A DNA stretch of 64,000 nucleotides from an uncultured Actinomycetes bacterium (GTDB lineage: Bacteria; Actinomycetota; UBA4738; JBBDTT01): NCBI GenBank assembly GCA_963742735.1, contig CAVUMN010000004.1:864001-928000 (forward strand), given 5' to 3'. The notes beneath the pieces are model-generated. The model was not told the DNA's origin. It made no database searches and worked only from the letters and a program-made list of their open reading frames with translations. The position numbers and the translations under genes were made by a program. Shown piece after piece: positions 8,787 to 18,333 of the stretch. The stretch's first letter is position 1; the number at the start of each line of letters is the position of its first letter.

Positions 8787-9098
8787 TCAGAACGATCGGA
8801 AGAGGCGCAGTCGCTTGGCTTCGGCGCTGTCCCACCTCTTCCACCAGCTCACCCGCCGCAGTGCTTTGACCCGCCGAACGGCTTCGACGGCGACCCGCCG
8901 CGCTTCGTCCTCCGGAAGTCCGCCGATCGACGAGATGAAGCTCGCCAGGTCGGCCTCGTCGCGCCACCGCGTACCCCATCGGAAGGGCAGGCCCATCCGC
9001 CAGCCCGGCGGGTAGATCCTGGCCCTGTGGCGTCGATCGTCGATCTCGAGGTAGAGCGGCCCGGTCGAGGTCTCGGCCACGAGCCCGGAACCGATCAT
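8787..9098 (-). CDS. Hypothetical protein (103 aa)
   Basis: ATGA-coupled to the aldehyde dehydrogenase stop; MIGSGLVAETSTGPLYLEID...; no recognisable family. Confidence 0.5.
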   Translation of the reverse strand: MIGSGLVAETSTGPLYLEIDDRRHRARIYPPGWRMGLPFRWGTRWRDEADLASFISSIGGLPEDEARRVAVEAVRRVKALRRVSWWKRWDSAEAKRLRLFRSF

Positions 9099-10549
9099 TC
9101 GACCCAGGTGACGTGCTTGAGCTCGGTGTACTCCTCGAGGCCGGCGCGCCATTCGCGGCCGATGCCGGACTGGCGGTAGCCGCCCCACGACCCGTTGAAG
9201 TTCGGGACGGCGACGCCGAGGCCGACGTAGCCGGTGCGCAGCCGTCGCGCCACCGCCTGAGCCCGGTCGCGGTTCGAGGACACGATCGCGCCGGCCAGCC
9301 CGTACATCGAGTCGTTGGCGATGGCCACGCCCTGGTCCTCGGTGACGTAGGAGATCACGCACAGGACGGGGCCGAAGATCTCCTCCTGGGCGATGCGCAT
9401 GTCGTTGCGCACGCCGGTGAACACCGTGGGCTCGAAGAAGAACCCCCGCTCGAGGTGCTTCGGTCTGCCCCCACCCGCGGCGAGCGTGGCGCCCTCCTCG
9501 AGGCCCGAGGCGACGAAGCCCTCGACGCGCTGGCGATGCTGCTCCCGGATCAGCGGCCCGACCTGCGTGCCCGGGTCCCGAGGATCGCCGACGGTCACGC
9601 TTCGGCACGTCTCGACGACGCGCTCGACGACCGCGTCGTGCATGGACTCGGGGACCAGCAGGCGCGTGGTGCAGCCGCACCCCTGTCCCGCGTGGATGAA
9701 GCAGCCGGCCACGGCGTTCATCGCCACCTCGTCGGGCGAAGCGTCGTCCAGGACGAACAGCGGGGACTTGCCGCCCAGCTCCAACTGGATCTTCTTGATG
9801 GTCTGCGCGGCGGCCGCGCCCACGCTCCGGCCGGCGGGAACGCTGCCGGTGAACGAGACCATGTCCACCAGCGGGCTCGAGACCATCGCCTGGCCGACGT
9901 CGACGCCGCCGCCGCCGATGACGTTGACGACGCCGGGAGGCAGGTCCGCCTCCTCGACGGCCCGGGCGATCTCGAACGCGTCGAGGGGGGTCCACGGCGC
10001 CGGCTTCAGCACGACCGTGTTCCCCATCGCCGTCGACATCGCGACCTTCCAGCAGTTGACGAACAGCGGGAAGTTGAACGGGGTGATCGCGGCCACGACG
10101 CCGATCGCGTCGTGGATCAGCAGCGAGCGCACGTGGAGCGGCTCCGTGGCGGGCTCGGCCTCGCGTTCCCACGCGAACGCCTCGGCCCAGTCGGCGACCT
10201 TCGAGAACGCGTCGATCGGCCACCGGCCCTGGAACGTCTTCGCCAGGATGACCGTGGCGCCCACCTCGTCGGTCACCAGCTCGGCCAGGTCGCGCCGGCG
10301 CGCGTAGAGGGCCTCGCGGACCCGGCGGAGCGCCGCCGCCCGCTCGGCCACCGGCATCCGCGGCCACGGCCCCTCGTCGAACGCCGTTCGCGCCGCGGCG
10401 ATGGCCCGTTCGGCGTCCCGGGGGTTCGGGATCGCGGCGTGGGCGATGACCTCCTCGGTCGCGGGGTTCTGGATCGCGCTGACCTCGTCGCCGTCGGGCT
10501 CCACCCACTGCCCGCCGATGAAGAAGGACTCCACGTCGCGATCGCTCAC
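9095..10549 (-). CDS. Aldehyde dehydrogenase
   Basis: GTG start coupled to the ACAD; ITPFNFP, SFTGS, LELGGK, AGQGC, QEEIFGP. Confidence 0.93.
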   Translation of the reverse strand: MSDRDVESFFIGGQWVEPDGDEVSAIQNPATEEVIAHAAIPNPRDAERAIAAARTAFDEGPWPRMPVAERAAALRRVREALYARRRDLAELVTDEVGATVILAKTFQGRWPIDAFSKVADWAEAFAWEREAEPATEPLHVRSLLIHDAIGVVAAITPFNFPLFVNCWKVAMSTAMGNTVVLKPAPWTPLDAFEIARAVEEADLPPGVVNVIGGGGVDVGQAMVSSPLVDMVSFTGSVPAGRSVGAAAAQTIKKIQLELGGKSPLFVLDDASPDEVAMNAVAGCFIHAGQGCGCTTRLLVPESMHDAVVERVVETCRSVTVGDPRDPGTQVGPLIREQHRQRVEGFVASGLEEGATLAAGGGRPKHLERGFFFEPTVFTGVRNDMRIAQEEIFGPVLCVISYVTEDQGVAIANDSMYGLAGAIVSSNRDRAQAVARRLRTGYVGLGVAVPNFNGSWGGYRQSGIGREWRAGLEEYTELKHVTWVE

Positions 10550-11622
10550 AGGCCGGCCATCCTGGCGATCAGCTCGCGGTGCAGGTGGGCGTCGCCTCCC
10601 AGCACCTGCAGGCTCTTGATCCGCCGGGCGTAGAGGTGCATGTCGTGCTCCCAGGTGTAGGCGATGCCGCCGTGGACCTGGATGCCCTCGCCGGCGATCC
10701 ACCCGCACGCGTCGGACGCGTAGGACTTCGCCGCGCTCATCGCCATGGCGGCGTCCTCGGCGCCGGCGTCGGCGGCCCAACAGGCGTAGAAGGTCGCGGC
10801 GCGCGAGGCGTCCAGGAGCGTCGCCATCTCCGCGCAGCGGTGCTTGATGGCCTGGAACGAGCCGATGGGACGGTCGAACTGCACCCGGTCCTTCGAGTAC
10901 TCGACGGTCAGGTCGAGGACCTTGCCCGCCACGCCGACCATCTCCGCGCACTCCGAGGCCACCTGGATCGGGTAGATCGACGCGGGATCGCCGTCGAGCG
11001 GATACGCGGTGGCCCGTTCGAACCGCACCTCGCCGACCGGGCGTGTCAGGTCGAACCCCTCCCGCGGCGTGACCTCGAATCCGTCCTCGACGACGAAGAG
11101 CCGGTCGCGATCCTCGGCGCGCGCGGAGACCACGAACAGGTTGGCGGCGGGCGCGTCCAGGACACCGAGCTTGGTCCCGGTGAGGTGCCAGCCCGTCTCG
11201 TCGCCGTCGGCCTCCAGACGCACCTCGGCGTACGCGAGCTCGTCGAAGTGGGCGAGGGCGGCGATCCGTTCCCCCGAGGCGATGCCCGGCAGCCACTGCG
11301 CTCGCTGCTCGTCCGTCCCCAGGCGATCGATGGCCATCCCGCACAGGGCGACCGAGGACAGATACGGGACGGGCGCGAGGGCCCGGCCGAGCTCGCCGAG
11401 GAGGAGCACGATGTCGAGGTAGCCCATCCCGAGCCCGCCGTGCTCCTCGGGGAAGGGCATCGCCATCCAGCCCAGGTCCGCCATCTGCTTCCAGAGATCG
11501 GCCGACCATGCGGCGGGGTCCTCGAGGTTCACGCGCAGACGGGCGGGCGGGCACTGCTCCTCGAGGAACCGGCGGGCTTCTCGTTGGATCTCGTACTGCG
11601 CCTCGCTGAAGTCGAAGTCCAT
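10546..11622 (-). CDS. Acyl-CoA dehydrogenase, short non-catalytic-type subunit (FadE27/28/32-like)
   Basis: 358 aa; ELGRALAPVP, RVQFDRPIGSFQAIKH, IQVHGGIAYTWEHD; lacks the Glu in the LxxER position. Confidence 0.88.
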   Translation of the reverse strand: MDFDFSEAQYEIQREARRFLEEQCPPARLRVNLEDPAAWSADLWKQMADLGWMAMPFPEEHGGLGMGYLDIVLLLGELGRALAPVPYLSSVALCGMAIDRLGTDEQRAQWLPGIASGERIAALAHFDELAYAEVRLEADGDETGWHLTGTKLGVLDAPAANLFVVSARAEDRDRLFVVEDGFEVTPREGFDLTRPVGEVRFERATAYPLDGDPASIYPIQVASECAEMVGVAGKVLDLTVEYSKDRVQFDRPIGSFQAIKHRCAEMATLLDASRAATFYACWAADAGAEDAAMAMSAAKSYASDACGWIAGEGIQVHGGIAYTWEHDMHLYARRIKSLQVLGGDAHLHRELIARMAGL

Positions 11623-12846
11623 CTAGGCGGGCTCCTTCGGCTTCGGGGCCCACACCTCGCCCCGGGGCATCCCCAGGATCCGCTCCGCGATGATGTTCTT
11701 CTGGATCTCGCTGGACCCCGCGGCGATCGTCTGCGCGAACGACGACATGAACCCGTTGTGCCAGCGGCCCTCGCGCGGCGAGTCGCCTCCGTACAGGAGG
11801 CCCTCGATGCCCTCCATCTCCAGGGCGAGCAGGTTCATCCGCCGGACCATCTCGCTCCAGTACAGCTTGGCCATCGACGCCTCCAGGCCGGGCCGTCCGG
11901 TCTTCAGGATCCCGGTCACCATCCGGAGGCCGATCGCCCGCATGACCTCGACCTCCGCGTAGCTCGCCGCGAGCCGCTCGCGGAACGCGGGGTGCTTCGA
12001 CAGCGGGACCCCGTCGCGCGTGCGCGACCGCGCCTGTTCGAGCAGGTCCAGCAGGTAGTTGCGGAACCGGATCTGGTGGGCCAGGAACGCGGGTCCGCGC
12101 TCGTGGGCCAGGGTGGTGTTCGCGTAGGTCCACCCCATGCCCAGCTCGCCGAGCAGGTTCTCCTTCGGGACGCGGACGTCGGTGAAGAACACCTCGTTGA
12201 ACTCGGCCTCGCCCGTGATCTGGCGGAGGGGGCGCACGTCGATCCCCGGCGACTGCATGTCGACGATCACGTAGCTCAGGCCCTTGTGCTTGGGCACCGC
12301 CGGATCGGTGCGGCACAGGACCAGGCACCAGTTCGCGATGTGGGCGTAGGACGTCCACACCTTCTGGCCGTTCAGGACGAACTCGTCGCCATCCGGGACG
12401 GCTTTCGTCTGCACGTTGGCCAGGTCGCTGCCGGCGTTCGGCTCGCTGAATCCCTGGCACCAGATCTCCTCCATGGTGAGGATCGGGGGCAGGTAGCGGG
12501 CCCGCTGCTCGTCGTTGCCGTAGATGCGGATGGTCGGTCCGGACAGGTTGATCCCCACGAAGTTGACCGAGATCTGCGGGGCCCGGGCGCGGGCCATCTC
12601 CTCGTGGAAGATCACCTGTTGCATCAGGGAGAGGCCGGCGCCGCCGAACTCCTTCGGCCACGAGATCCCCGAGTAGCCGCCCGCGGCCAGCCGCCGCTCC
12701 CAGTCCCGGGCCACCTCCAGGCGCTCCTCGAGCGTCTTCGGCTCGACGTGATTCGGCCCGCCCCAGCCGTCGGGAAGGTTGCCGGCGATCCACGTCCGGA
12801 TCTCGTCGCGGAAGGCCAGCTCGTCGGGATCGAGCGCCAGGTCCAT
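11623..12846 (-). CDS. Acyl-CoA dehydrogenase, catalytic-type subunit (FadE26/29/30-like)
   Basis: WCQGFSEPNAGSDLA, NGQKVWTS, EFNEVFF, TLAHER, AGSSEIQKNIIAERILG. Confidence 0.93.
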   Translation of the reverse strand: MDLALDPDELAFRDEIRTWIAGNLPDGWGGPNHVEPKTLEERLEVARDWERRLAAGGYSGISWPKEFGGAGLSLMQQVIFHEEMARARAPQISVNFVGINLSGPTIRIYGNDEQRARYLPPILTMEEIWCQGFSEPNAGSDLANVQTKAVPDGDEFVLNGQKVWTSYAHIANWCLVLCRTDPAVPKHKGLSYVIVDMQSPGIDVRPLRQITGEAEFNEVFFTDVRVPKENLLGELGMGWTYANTTLAHERGPAFLAHQIRFRNYLLDLLEQARSRTRDGVPLSKHPAFRERLAASYAEVEVMRAIGLRMVTGILKTGRPGLEASMAKLYWSEMVRRMNLLALEMEGIEGLLYGGDSPREGRWHNGFMSSFAQTIAAGSSEIQKNIIAERILGMPRGEVWAPKPKEPA

Positions 12847-12882
12847 CGGCCGCGACGATAGCCCGCGCTACGATCCGGCGCG
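12847..12882. promoter_or_regulatory. 36-bp divergent intergenic region with back-to-back -10 elements (probably leaderless)
   Basis: TACGAT at 12869-12874 (+), 8 nt before ATG 12883; TATCGT at 12860-12855 (-), 8 nt before ATG 12846; no SD on either side. Confidence 0.55.
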
Positions 12883-13686
12883 ATGGACTACGAATACATC
12901 CTGTTCGAGCGGCGCGGGAACGTGGCGTGGGTGACGCTGAACCGTCCCGACGTCCGCAACGCGATCAAGCCCGAGATGCGCGAGGAGCTCATCCGCGCGT
13001 TCGGCGAGATCGCCGGCCACGTCGAGCTCCGCGCGCTGGTCCTGACCGGGGCGGGCGACGGGTTCTGCACGGGCGCCGACATCGGCGGCGCGAGCAAGCG
13101 TCAGGGCGAGGGCGGCCGGCGGCTGGCCGGCGCGGCCCGCGACATGATCAAGGGCGGCGCCCAGCGGCTGTTCCGAACACTGTGGGAGCTCGAGGTCCCC
13201 ACGATCGCCGCGGTGAACGGGACGGCCGCCGGGTTCGGCTGCCACCTGGCCTTCGCGTGCGACCTGGTCATCGCCAGCGAGTCGGCCAAGTTCAACGAGG
13301 TGTTCCTGCGCCGGGGCCTGGTCCCCGACGGCGGCGGCGCCTACCTGCTTCCGCGGCTGATCGGCCTGGCCAAGGCGAAGGAGTTCGTGTTCTTCGCGGA
13401 CTCGTGGCCGGCGGCCGACGCCGAGCGCCTGGGCCTGGTGAACAAGGTGGTGCCGGCCGATGAGCTCGAGGCGACGGCCACGGAGTGGGCCGACCGGCTG
13501 GCCGCGGGACCGACCCGCGCGATCGGGCTCGCGAAGCGGCTGCTGAACCGCTCGCTCCAGTCGGACCTGGAGACCGCGCTGGAGGAGGAGGCCCTCGCCC
13601 AGGAGCTGATCATGGGGACGAACGACATCAAGGAGGGCATGGTCGCGTTCAAGGAGAAGCGCGACCCGAAGTTCACGGGCACCTAG
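12883..13686 (+). CDS. Enoyl-CoA hydratase/isomerase (PaaG-like)
   Basis: TLNRPDVRNA, FCTGAD, AAVNGTAAGFG, GLVPDGGG. Confidence 0.92.
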   Translation: MDYEYILFERRGNVAWVTLNRPDVRNAIKPEMREELIRAFGEIAGHVELRALVLTGAGDGFCTGADIGGASKRQGEGGRRLAGAARDMIKGGAQRLFRTLWELEVPTIAAVNGTAAGFGCHLAFACDLVIASESAKFNEVFLRRGLVPDGGGAYLLPRLIGLAKAKEFVFFADSWPAADAERLGLVNKVVPADELEATATEWADRLAAGPTRAIGLAKRLLNRSLQSDLETALEEEALAQELIMGTNDIKEGMVAFKEKRDPKFTGT

Positions 13687-14466
13687 GTGCTGGTCGACTC
13701 GCACTGCCACCTGGAGCCCGAGCTTCCCCTCCCCGGGCTGCTGCAGGCCATGGACGCCGCCGGCGTGGACCGCGCGGTCCTCCTGGCCGCCGCCCAGGCC
13801 CCGATCGCGTCCGTCCCCAAGGTCGGCGCCGCGCTGTTCCGGGGCTGCGTTCGACTGCCGGGCGTCGGGATGGCCGTGTATCGCGGCGCTCTCAAGTCCA
13901 AGCGGGTCGTGCCCTTCCCGAGGCCGGACAACGACGTCGTGTTCGACGCGGCCCGCGCCCACCCGGAGCGGTTCGTGCCGTTCGCGTTCCTCAACCCGGC
14001 CCTCGGCGACGAGGTCCACGGCGAGCTCGACCGCCGCCTGGCCGAGGGCGCCGCCGGCGTGAAGCTCCATCCCTGGCTCCACGGCTACCGGCTGACCGAC
14101 GCCATGCCCGTCCTGGTCCGTGCCGCGGTCGCGGGGATCCCCGTGCTCGCGCACCTGGGGACCGGGCCGGCGGAGGACGTCGAACGGGTGATGCAGCGGC
14201 TGCCGGCCCTCAAGCTCGTCCTGGCCCACGCGGGCATCCCACACTTCGAACGGCTGTGGCGGCTCCCGGGGATCCGGTTCGACGTGGCGGCGCCGCTGGT
14301 ATCGCCCCGGACGATGCGCCGGCTGGTGAGGGCGGTCGGCGCCGAGCGCGTCCTCTACGGCTCGGACGCGCCGATCGGGATCCGCGGGGGCGGCGGCCAC
14401 GCCTACGCCCTGCCGCCGCTGCCCGACCGGGCCATGGGACAGAACCTGCTGGACCTGCTCGCCTGA
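13687..14466 (+). CDS. Amidohydrolase_2 family protein
   Basis: DSHCH, KLHP, LAHAG, LYGSDAP. Confidence 0.85.
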   Translation: MLVDSHCHLEPELPLPGLLQAMDAAGVDRAVLLAAAQAPIASVPKVGAALFRGCVRLPGVGMAVYRGALKSKRVVPFPRPDNDVVFDAARAHPERFVPFAFLNPALGDEVHGELDRRLAEGAAGVKLHPWLHGYRLTDAMPVLVRAAVAGIPVLAHLGTGPAEDVERVMQRLPALKLVLAHAGIPHFERLWRLPGIRFDVAAPLVSPRTMRRLVRAVGAERVLYGSDAPIGIRGGGGHAYALPPLPDRAMGQNLLDLLA

Positions 14467-14470
14467 GCGA

Positions 14471-14902
14471 CTACGCCGGGTGGAACACCGGCAGGGACAC
14501 CACGTCGTCCTCGGCCCTCGCCTCCGCGCGGAAGGCCACGGCGACCGGCATGTCGCAGCGGACGTCCTCCGGGGCGATGCCCTCGATGTTCGAGGTCATC
14601 CGGACGCCCTCCTCGAGCTCGACGATGGCCACCACGTAGGGGGTCCGTTCGTTGAACGGCGGGAGGTCGTTCTGGTGGACCACGGTGAAGGTGTAGACGG
14701 TTCCGCGGCCGCTGGCCTCGATCCACTCGGTATCCGAGGACCAGCACTTCGGGCAGTAGGTGCGCGGATAGAAGAAAACCTCGCCGCACGCGTTGCACGA
14801 CTTGATGAGGAGCCGGCCATCGCGGGCGGCCTCCCAGTACGCCTCGGTCTCCACGTCGGGGACCGGCAGATGCCAGGTCTTCGTCCTCGGCATCTCGGGC
14901 AT
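14471..14902 (-). CDS. DUF35 Zn-ribbon/OB-fold protein
   Basis: CNAC...CPKC, SGRGTVYTFT, PYVVAIVELEEG. Confidence 0.92.
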   Translation of the reverse strand: MPEMPRTKTWHLPVPDVETEAYWEAARDGRLLIKSCNACGEVFFYPRTYCPKCWSSDTEWIEASGRGTVYTFTVVHQNDLPPFNERTPYVVAIVELEEGVRMTSNIEGIAPEDVRCDMPVAVAFRAEARAEDDVVSLPVFHPA

Positions 14903-16051
14903 CTACTCGACCCCCAGGATCAGCGTGCCGGTGGAGGAGAACCACCCGCCGGTGCCGTTCACCGCGGCGAGCTTCGCGCCCTCCACCTGGCGACCCTCGG
15001 CCTCACCGCGGAGCTGCCGGGCGGCCTCGATGACCAGGAACAGGCCACGCATCCCCGGATGGTTCGAGGACAGCCCGCCACCGTCGGTGTTCGTCGGCAG
15101 GTCGCCGTCGATCGTGAGCCTGCCGCCCTCGACGAATGCCCCCCCCTCGCCCTTTCCGCAGAACCCGAGGGCCTCGAGGGTGAGCAGGACCGTGATCGTG
15201 AACGAGTCGTAGACCTGGACGACGTCGATCTCGTCCGGCTTCACACCGGCCATCCCGAACGCCCGCCGGGCGCTGTGGACGGCGGGCGACTCCGTGAAGT
15301 CCTCCCACTCGGCCATGTTGTGGTGGCTCGACGCCTCCGCCGCGCCGAGGATCCACACCGGGGCTTTCGGCAGGTCCCTGGCGCGGTCCTCGCCGACCAG
15401 GACGACCGCCCCACCTCCGTCGGAGCGGATGCAGCAGTCGAGCTTGTGCAGCGGGGTGCAGATCTGCCTCGAGCCGACGACGTCCTCGACCGTGATGGGG
15501 TCGCGGTACATCGCGAGCGGGTTCCGGGCCGCGTTCGCCCGCGTCTGGACGGCCACCTCCGCGAGCTGCTCGGGCGTCGTGCCGAACTCGTGCATGTGCC
15601 GGGTCGCGGCCATGGCGTGGCGGCCGATCACCGTGTGGCCGTAGGCCGACTCGAACTGGGCCGGGCCCCGCGCGTCGATGGCCACGTTCGAGCTCCGGAT
15701 CTTGCGCTTCAGGTCGGAGCGCGAGGTGGTCGCATAGGGAAGCAAAGCCACGTCGCAGAGCCCCGCCTCGATGGCGCCGACGGCGTGATGCACGAAGAAC
15801 TCCCACGACGACCCGCCCACCTGGGTGCCGTCGACGTAGCCGGGGCGCAGCCCGAGGTACTCGCCGACGACGACGGGATGCATGTGGTGAGCGCCGCACG
15901 AGAACAGGCCGTCGACGTCGCCCTTGGTCAGGCCGGCGTCGGCGAGGGCCAGCGACGAGGCCTCAGCGTGGAGCTGGAGGGCCGTGGCGTCGGGGACCTC
16001 ACCGAACCGGGACTCGGCCACCCCGGCGACGGCGACCCTGCGGCGAGGCAT
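14903..16051 (-). CDS. Thiolase-fold (SCP-x/Ltp2-like) protein lacking the nucleophilic Cys
   Basis: VGGSSW in place of the Cys, LDCCIRSDGG, YDSF, NTDGGGLSSNHPG. Confidence 0.9.
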   Translation of the reverse strand: MPRRRVAVAGVAESRFGEVPDATALQLHAEASSLALADAGLTKGDVDGLFSCGAHHMHPVVVGEYLGLRPGYVDGTQVGGSSWEFFVHHAVGAIEAGLCDVALLPYATTSRSDLKRKIRSSNVAIDARGPAQFESAYGHTVIGRHAMAATRHMHEFGTTPEQLAEVAVQTRANAARNPLAMYRDPITVEDVVGSRQICTPLHKLDCCIRSDGGGAVVLVGEDRARDLPKAPVWILGAAEASSHHNMAEWEDFTESPAVHSARRAFGMAGVKPDEIDVVQVYDSFTITVLLTLEALGFCGKGEGGAFVEGGRLTIDGDLPTNTDGGGLSSNHPGMRGLFLVIEAARQLRGEAEGRQVEGAKLAAVNGTGGWFSSTGTLILGVE

Positions 16052-16063
16052 GCGAGCAGGCTA

Positions 16064-16080
16064 GCGAACAAACTGTTCGC
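16064..16080. promoter_or_regulatory. Inverted repeat GCGAACA-AAC-TGTTCGC, candidate operator
   Basis: Perfect 7-bp arms in the divergent intergenic region, directly upstream of the -10 TAGCCT (16063-16058) of the thiolase gene. Confidence 0.5.
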
Positions 16081-16123
16081 CGTTGAACACTTCGAGCCAT
16101 ACCGAGAAGGAGGCGTCTGAACG

Positions 16124-17023
16124 ATGGGAGCTCTGGAGGGGAAGGTCGCCGTGGTCACCGGCGCCGGCCGCGGCATCGGCCGCGCGGAGGCCCTGCTGCT
16201 CGCGGCGGAGGGCGCCTCGGTCGTCGTGAACGACCTGGGCGGCGACTGGGACGGCACCGGGAAGGACGATCGCCCCGCGCAGGTGGTCGCGGACGAGATC
16301 GTGGCCGCCGGCGGGAAAGCCGTCGCGAACTACGACGACGTCTCGTCGTGGGCCGGCGCGCAGGCCCTGATCCGTCAGGCCATCGAGGAGTACGGAGACG
16401 TCCACGCGCTGATCAACAACGCCGGGATCCTGCGCGACGGGATGATCTTCAACATGACCGAGGACCAGTGGGACGCGGTCGTGAACGTCCACCTCAAGGG
16501 CCACGCCGCCACCACCGCGGCGGCCACGGCGCACTGGCGCGAGCGGGCCAAGGCCGGCCAGGAGGTCAGCGGCCGGATCGTGAACACCTCCAGCGAGGCC
16601 GGGCTGTACGGGCTGAAGGGCCAGTCGAACTACGCGGCGGCGAAGGCGGCGATCGCCGCGCTCACTCAGGTCACCGCGCGGGAGATGAAGAAGTACGGCG
16701 TGACCGCGAACTGCATCGCCCCTCGCGCCCGCACGCGGCTCATCACCCAGACATTCGGCGAAGGGGTCATGGCCGCACCGGAGGACGAGGGGGCCTTCGA
16801 CCTGTTTGCGCCGGAGAACGTCGCGCCGCTGGTGACCTTCCTGGCCAGCGACCTGGCCGCGCACATCAGCGGGCAGGTGTTCGTGGTCCACGGCGGGCTG
16901 GTGACGCTCATGCAGGGATGGACGGCGGCCGGCGAGATCGACCGCGGGGAGCGGTGGACGGTCGACGAGCTCTCCGAGCGGATCGGCGAGCTGTTCCCGA
17001 GCAGGTCCTCCTCGCTGGACTGA
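16124..17023 (+). CDS. SDR family oxidoreductase (paralog of 5282-6199)
   Basis: RBS AAGGAGG; TGAGRGIG, NNAGILRD, YAAAK. Confidence 0.92.
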   Translation: MGALEGKVAVVTGAGRGIGRAEALLLAAEGASVVVNDLGGDWDGTGKDDRPAQVVADEIVAAGGKAVANYDDVSSWAGAQALIRQAIEEYGDVHALINNAGILRDGMIFNMTEDQWDAVVNVHLKGHAATTAAATAHWRERAKAGQEVSGRIVNTSSEAGLYGLKGQSNYAAAKAAIAALTQVTAREMKKYGVTANCIAPRARTRLITQTFGEGVMAAPEDEGAFDLFAPENVAPLVTFLASDLAAHISGQVFVVHGGLVTLMQGWTAAGEIDRGERWTVDELSERIGELFPSRSSSLD

Positions 17024-17024
17024 C

Positions 17025-18311
17025 GTGACCGAGGAGGCCGTCCGGACCGAGGGGGTCCTCGACCCGAATGAGGCCCTCGGCGACGACGAGCGGCGGGCGC
17101 ACCACGAGGGCGTCCTTCGGGAGACCCTCGGGGTGGTCTGGGCGTCCGACGCCGGCTACCGGGCGAAGCTCGAGGAGGCGGGGCTCGCGCCGCAGGACGC
17201 GCTCGGCCTCGGCGACCTCGGCCGCATCCCCATCACCCGCAAGGACGAGCCCGGCTCGGCCACGATCGGCCTCGGGTCGATCCCGCTGCACGAGGCCCGG
17301 CGGATCTACGTTTCGCCGGGGCCGAAGTTCTACGCGTCGCAGCGCCGGGACGACCCGCCGCCGGCGAAGGGCACGCGCACGCCGATGGCGCTGGCCTTCC
17401 ACGCGATGGGGTTCCGCGAGCACGACATCGTGCTGAACACGTTCAGCTACCACCTGGTTCCCGGCGGCCACGGGTTCGACCAGCAGCTCGCCACGGCGGG
17501 CTGCGCGGTGGTCCCCGCCGGGCCGCAGAACACCGACCTGCAGGCCCAGATCCTTGCCGGGCTGCCCGTGGCCGGCTACGTGGGGACCCCCACGTTCCTG
17601 AAGCTGCTGTGCGACAAGGCCGGCGAGCTGGGGATCTCGACCCGGGACGACTGGAGCCTTCGGGTCGCGTTCGTGACCGCCGAGCGCCTGCCCGAGTCCC
17701 TCCGCGAGGACCTGGAGGCGCGGACCGGCGCGCGGGTCCGACAGATCTACGGCTCGGCCGACGGCCTGATGCCCGCCTACGAGTGCTGGGCGAAGACCGG
17801 CATGCACCTGCACCCCGATCAGGTGCTCGAGGTCCTGGACCCGGAGTCGTGGGAGCCGGTCCCTGCGGGCACGCCGGGCGCCGTCGTGGCCACAACGGCC
17901 GTGAACCCCGCCCGCCCCCTCCTGCGGTTCGCCAACCTCGATCTGGTCGAGCTTCGCGACGACCCGTGCCCCTGTGGACGGACGGGCCCACGCATGGCCC
18001 GGTTCGTCGGCCGGATGGACGAGGCCACCAAGGTCCGGGGGATGTTCGTGTATCCGAACCAGGTCGGCGAGGTGGTGGGCCGCCACCCCGAGGTGACGCG
18101 GTGGCAGGCGGTGGTCTCCCGGTCCGAGAAGGGCACCGACGACTTCGCCGTCCGGCTGGAGCTGCGCGGGCCCGAGCCCCCGGGGCTGCGGGCCACGGTG
18201 GCCGAGGGCATCCGCGGGCTCGTCCGGCTGCGGGCGGACGTCGAGGTCGTCCCGCCGGGCACGTTCCCCGACGACGCAAAGCAGCTCGAGGACCTCCGCC
18301 CCACGGACTAG
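17025..18311 (+). CDS. Phenylacetate-CoA ligase (PaaK) family protein
   Basis: FSYHLVPGG, GTPTF, YGSAD, CPCGR, GRMDEATKVRGMFVYP; P-loop variant VSPGP. Confidence 0.85.
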   Translation: MTEEAVRTEGVLDPNEALGDDERRAHHEGVLRETLGVVWASDAGYRAKLEEAGLAPQDALGLGDLGRIPITRKDEPGSATIGLGSIPLHEARRIYVSPGPKFYASQRRDDPPPAKGTRTPMALAFHAMGFREHDIVLNTFSYHLVPGGHGFDQQLATAGCAVVPAGPQNTDLQAQILAGLPVAGYVGTPTFLKLLCDKAGELGISTRDDWSLRVAFVTAERLPESLREDLEARTGARVRQIYGSADGLMPAYECWAKTGMHLHPDQVLEVLDPESWEPVPAGTPGAVVATTAVNPARPLLRFANLDLVELRDDPCPCGRTGPRMARFVGRMDEATKVRGMFVYPNQVGEVVGRHPEVTRWQAVVSRSEKGTDDFAVRLELRGPEPPGLRATVAEGIRGLVRLRADVEVVPPGTFPDDAKQLEDLRPTD

Positions 18312-18333
18312 CCCGGAAATAGACTCGCGCGCG

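Noticed and set aside
9095-12793. Apparent 1232-aa giant aldehyde dehydrogenase (likewise 29080-32550, 34011-36110, 49197-51419)
   Set aside because: The N-terminal extensions are off-frame or antisense readings of neighbouring genes; the true starts are at 10549, 30853, 34892 and 50241.
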